Shown here piece by piece: positions 61,236 through 64,000 of a stretch of DNA of 64,000 nt. Both the position numbers and the translations under genes were made by a program. Origin of the DNA: Eledone cirrhosa (taxonomy: Eukaryota); the NCBI GenBank assembly GCA_964016885.1, contig OZ024742.1, forward strand, positions 215,574,001-215,638,000, in the 5' to 3' direction. How positions within the stretch are numbered: the stretch's first letter is position 1; each line of letters starts with the position of its first letter. The notes below the pieces were generated by a model. It made no database searches, was not told the origin of the DNA, and worked only from the letters and a program-made list of their open reading frames with translations.

Positions 61236-64000
61236 GTGATAGTTAGATAGTTGGTGGAGTGGTGTTTGTAGTGGTGTGTTGTTGCTGATAATAAGATAGA
61301 TGGTGGAGTGGTGTTTGTAGTGGTGTGTTGTTGCTGATAGTGAGATAGATGTTGGAGTGGTGTTTGTAGTGGTGTGTTGTTGGTGATAGTTAGATAGCTG
61401 GTGGAGTGCTGTTTGTAGTGGTGTGTTGTTGCTGTTAGTTAGATAGTTGTTGGAGTGGTGTTTGTAGTGGTGTGTTGTTGCTGATATTTAGATAGTTGGT
61501 GGAGTGGTGTTTGTAGTGGTGTGTTGTTGCTGATAGTTAGATAGTTGATGGAGTGGTGTTTGTAGTGGTGTGTTGTTGCTTATAGTTAGATAGTTGGCGG
61601 AGTGGTGTTTGTAGTGGTGTGTTGTTGGTGATAGTTAAATAGATGGTGGAGTGGTGTTTGTAATGGTGTGTTGTTTGTGATAGTTAGATAGTATGTGGAG
61701 TGGTATTTGTAGTGGTGTGTTGTTGCTGATAGTTAGATAGAGGGTGTAATGGTGTTTGTAGTGGTGTGTTGTTGGTGATAGTTAGATAGTTGGTGGAGTG
61801 GTGTTTGTAGTGGTGCGTTGTAGGTGGTAGTTCGATAGATAGTGGAGTGGCGTTTGTAGTGGTGTGTTGTTGCCGATAGTCAGATAGATGTTGGAGTGGT
61901 GTTTGTAGTGGTGTGTTGTTGGTGATAGTTAGATAGTTGGTAAAGTTGTGTTTGTAGTGGTGTGTTGTTGGTGATAGTTAGATAGTTGGTGGAGTGGTGT
62001 TTGTAGTGGTGTGTAGTTGCTGATAGTGAGATAGATGGTGGAGTGGTGTTTGTAGTGGTGTGTTGTTGCTGATAGTGAGATAGATGCTGGAGTGGTGTTT
62101 GTAGTGGTGTGTTGTTGGTGATAGTTAGATAGTTGGTGGAGTGATGTTTGTAGTGGTGTGTTGTTGCTGATAGTGAGATAGATGGTGGAGTGGTGTTTGT
62201 AGTGGTGTGTTGTTGGTGATAGTAGATAGATGGTGGAGTAGTGTGTGTAGTGATGTGTTGTTGGTGATAGTTAGATAGTTAGTGCAGTGGTGTTTGTAGT
62301 GGTGTGTTGTTGGTGATAGTTAGATAGATGGTGGAATGGTGTTTGTAGTTGTGTGTTGTTTCTGATAGTTAGATAGTTGGTGGAGTGGTGTTTGTAGTGG
62401 TGTCATGTTGCTGATAGTTAGATAGTTGGTGAAGTGGTCTTTGTAGTGGTTTGTTGTTGGTGATAGTTAGATAGTTGGTGGAGTGGTGTTTATAGTGGTG
62501 TGTTGTTGGTGATAGTTAGATAGTTGGTGGAGTGGTGTTTGTAGTGGTGTGTTGTTGGTGATAGTTAGATAGTTGGTGGAGTGGTGTTTGTAGAGGTGTG
62601 TTGTTGGTGATAGTGAGATAGATGGTGGAGTGGTGTTTGTAGTGGTGTGTTGTTGGTATAGTTATATAGTTGGTGAAGTGGTGTTTGTAGTGGTGTGTTG
62701 TTGGTGATAGTTAGATAGTTGGTGGAGTGGTGTTTGTAGAGGTGTGTTGTTGGTGATAGTTAGATAGTTGGTGGAGTAGTGTTTGTAGTGGTGTGTTGTT
62801 GGTGATAGTTAGATAGTTGGTAGAGTGGTGTTTGTAGAGGTGTGTTGTTGGTGATAGTGAGATAGATGGTGGAGTGGTGTTTGGAGTGGTGTGTTGTTGG
62901 TGATAGATAGATAGTTGGTTGAGTGGTGTTTATAGTGGTGTGTTGTTGCTGATAGTTAGATAGTTGGTGGAGTGGTGTTTGGAGTGGTGTTTGTAGTGGT
63001 GTGTTGTTGCAGATAGTTAGATAGATGGTGGAGTGGTGTTGGTAGTGGTGTGGTGTTGCTGATAGTTAGATAGATGGTGGAATGGTGTTTGTAGTGGTGT
63101 GTTGTTGCTGATAGTTAGATAGATGGTGGAGTGGTGTTTGTAGTGGTGTGTTGTTGGTGATAGTTAGATAGTTGGTGGAGTGATGTTTGTAGTGGTTTGT
63201 TGTTGGTGATAGTTAGATAGTTGTTGGAATGGTGTTTGTAGTTGTGTGTTGTTGGTGATAGTTAGATAGTTGGTGGAGTGGTGTTTGTAGTGGTGTGTTG
63301 TTGCTGATAGTAAGATAGATGGTGGAGTGGTGTTTGTAGTGGTGTGTTGTTGCTGATAGTGAGATAGATGTTGGAGTGGTGTTTGTAGTGGTGTGTTGTT
63401 GGTGATAGTTAGATAGCTGGTGGAGTGCTGTTTGTAGTGGTGTGTTGTTGCTGATATTTAGATAGTTAGTGGAGTGGTGTTTGTAGTGGTGTGTTGTTGT
63501 TGATAGTTAGATAGTTGATGGAGGGGTGTTTGTAGTGGTGTGTTGTTGCTGATAGTTAGATAGTTGGTGGAGTGGTGTTTGTAGTGGTGTGTTGTTGGTG
63601 ATTGTTAGATAGTTGGTGGAGTGGTGTTTGTAGTGGTGCGTTGTTGGTGGTAGTTCGATAGATAGTGGAGTGGTGTTTGTAGTGGTGTGTTGTTGCTGAT
63701 AGTTAGATAGATGGTGGAGTGGTGTTTTTAGTGGTGTGGTGTTGCTGATAGTTAGATAGTTGGTGGAGTGCTGTTTGTAGTGGTGTGTTGTTGCAGATAG
63801 TTAGATAGTTGGTGGAGTTGTGTTTGTAGTGGTGTGTTGTTGCTGATAGTTAGATAGATGTTGGAGTGGTGTTTGTAGTGGTGTGTTGTTGGTGATAGTT
63901 AGATTGTTGGTGGAGTGGTGTTTGTAGTGGTGTGTTGTTGGTGATAGTTAGATAGATGGTGGAGTGGTGTTTGTAGTGGTGTGTTGTTGGTGATAGTTAG

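Larger units (their letters stand above)
1..64000 (+). repeat. 49-bp G/T-rich tandem satellite array, about 1,300 monomers, single orientation, truncated by both window edges
   Basis: TGATAGT(T/G)AGATAG starts at positions 1 and 50 and recurs with the same period to the end of the window. The consensus is TGATAGTTAGATAGTTGGTGGAGTGGTGTTTGTAGTGGTGTGTTGTTG(G/C). Most monomers carry about 0-4 substitutions. I saw no unique sequence or inverted copy. Confidence 0.99.

Noticed and set aside
1-64000. Giant Thr/His/Asn/Pro-rich repetitive protein on the minus strand. Because 49 is not divisible by 3, all frames give the same 49-codon cycle LSPTTHHYKHHSTNYLTITNNTPLQTPLHQLSNYHQQHTTTNTTPPTI*, which would be largely open if TAA were reassigned.
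   Set aside because: TAA recurs every 147 bp in the standard code. Variation follows a 49-bp period rather than a codon or 147-bp period, and non-triplet indels are freely propagated. The scarcity of stops follows from the near-absence of G on that strand. Nothing in the window indicates a variant genetic code.
1-64000. CRISPR array
   Set aside because: The repeats are contiguous with no unique spacers, no palindromic repeat, no leader and no cas genes.
1-64000. Telomerase-synthesised repeat
   Set aside because: There are no TTAGG or TTAGGG-type runs. Ordered multi-kb blocks of variants are copied intact, which needs DNA-templated copying rather than re-synthesis from a short RNA template.
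1-64000. Bisulfite or deamination artefact explaining the lack of C
   Set aside because: The C residues present are mostly non-CpG (GCTG, GCAG, GTCA) and recur faithfully in duplicated blocks.
1-64000. Rolling-circle or concatemer sequencing artefact of a 49-mer
   Set aside because: The variants are hierarchical and shared between distant blocks rather than random, which is consistent with a real evolving array. Individual near-identical duplications could still be misassemblies.
1-64000. Embedded transposon, inversion or unique island
   Set aside because: I saw no C/A-rich inverted segment and no non-satellite sequence while reading through. The only irregularity, at about 22,150-22,200, is made of satellite fragments.

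Overview
The whole 64 kb window is one head-to-tail array of a 49-bp satellite, about 1,300 monomers, all in the same orientation and running off both edges. The + strand consensus is TGATAGTTAGATAGTTGGTGGAGTGGTGTTTGTAGTGGTGTGTTGTTG(G/C). It is extremely strand-asymmetric: 21 G, 21 T, 7 A and 0-1 C per monomer. I found no credible protein-coding gene, RNA gene, transposon or CRISPR array, and both listed ORFs are by-products of the repeat. The structure lies in the variants. Diagnostic substitutions and indels show nested kb-scale duplications with periods of 1678, about 3200-3300, 1274, 4213, about 2000, about 4200 and 1176 bp. They also show recurrent length-variant monomers (37, 40, 48, 54 and 61 bp), a spatial turnover of variant types, and one scrambled junction at about 22,150-22,200 that looks like iterated templated insertion. 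I do not recognise the satellite family or the organism. It is most likely eukaryotic heterochromatic, (peri)centromeric or subtelomeric DNA. All offsets were counted by eye from diagnostic variants, so block boundaries are approximate to about one monomer.
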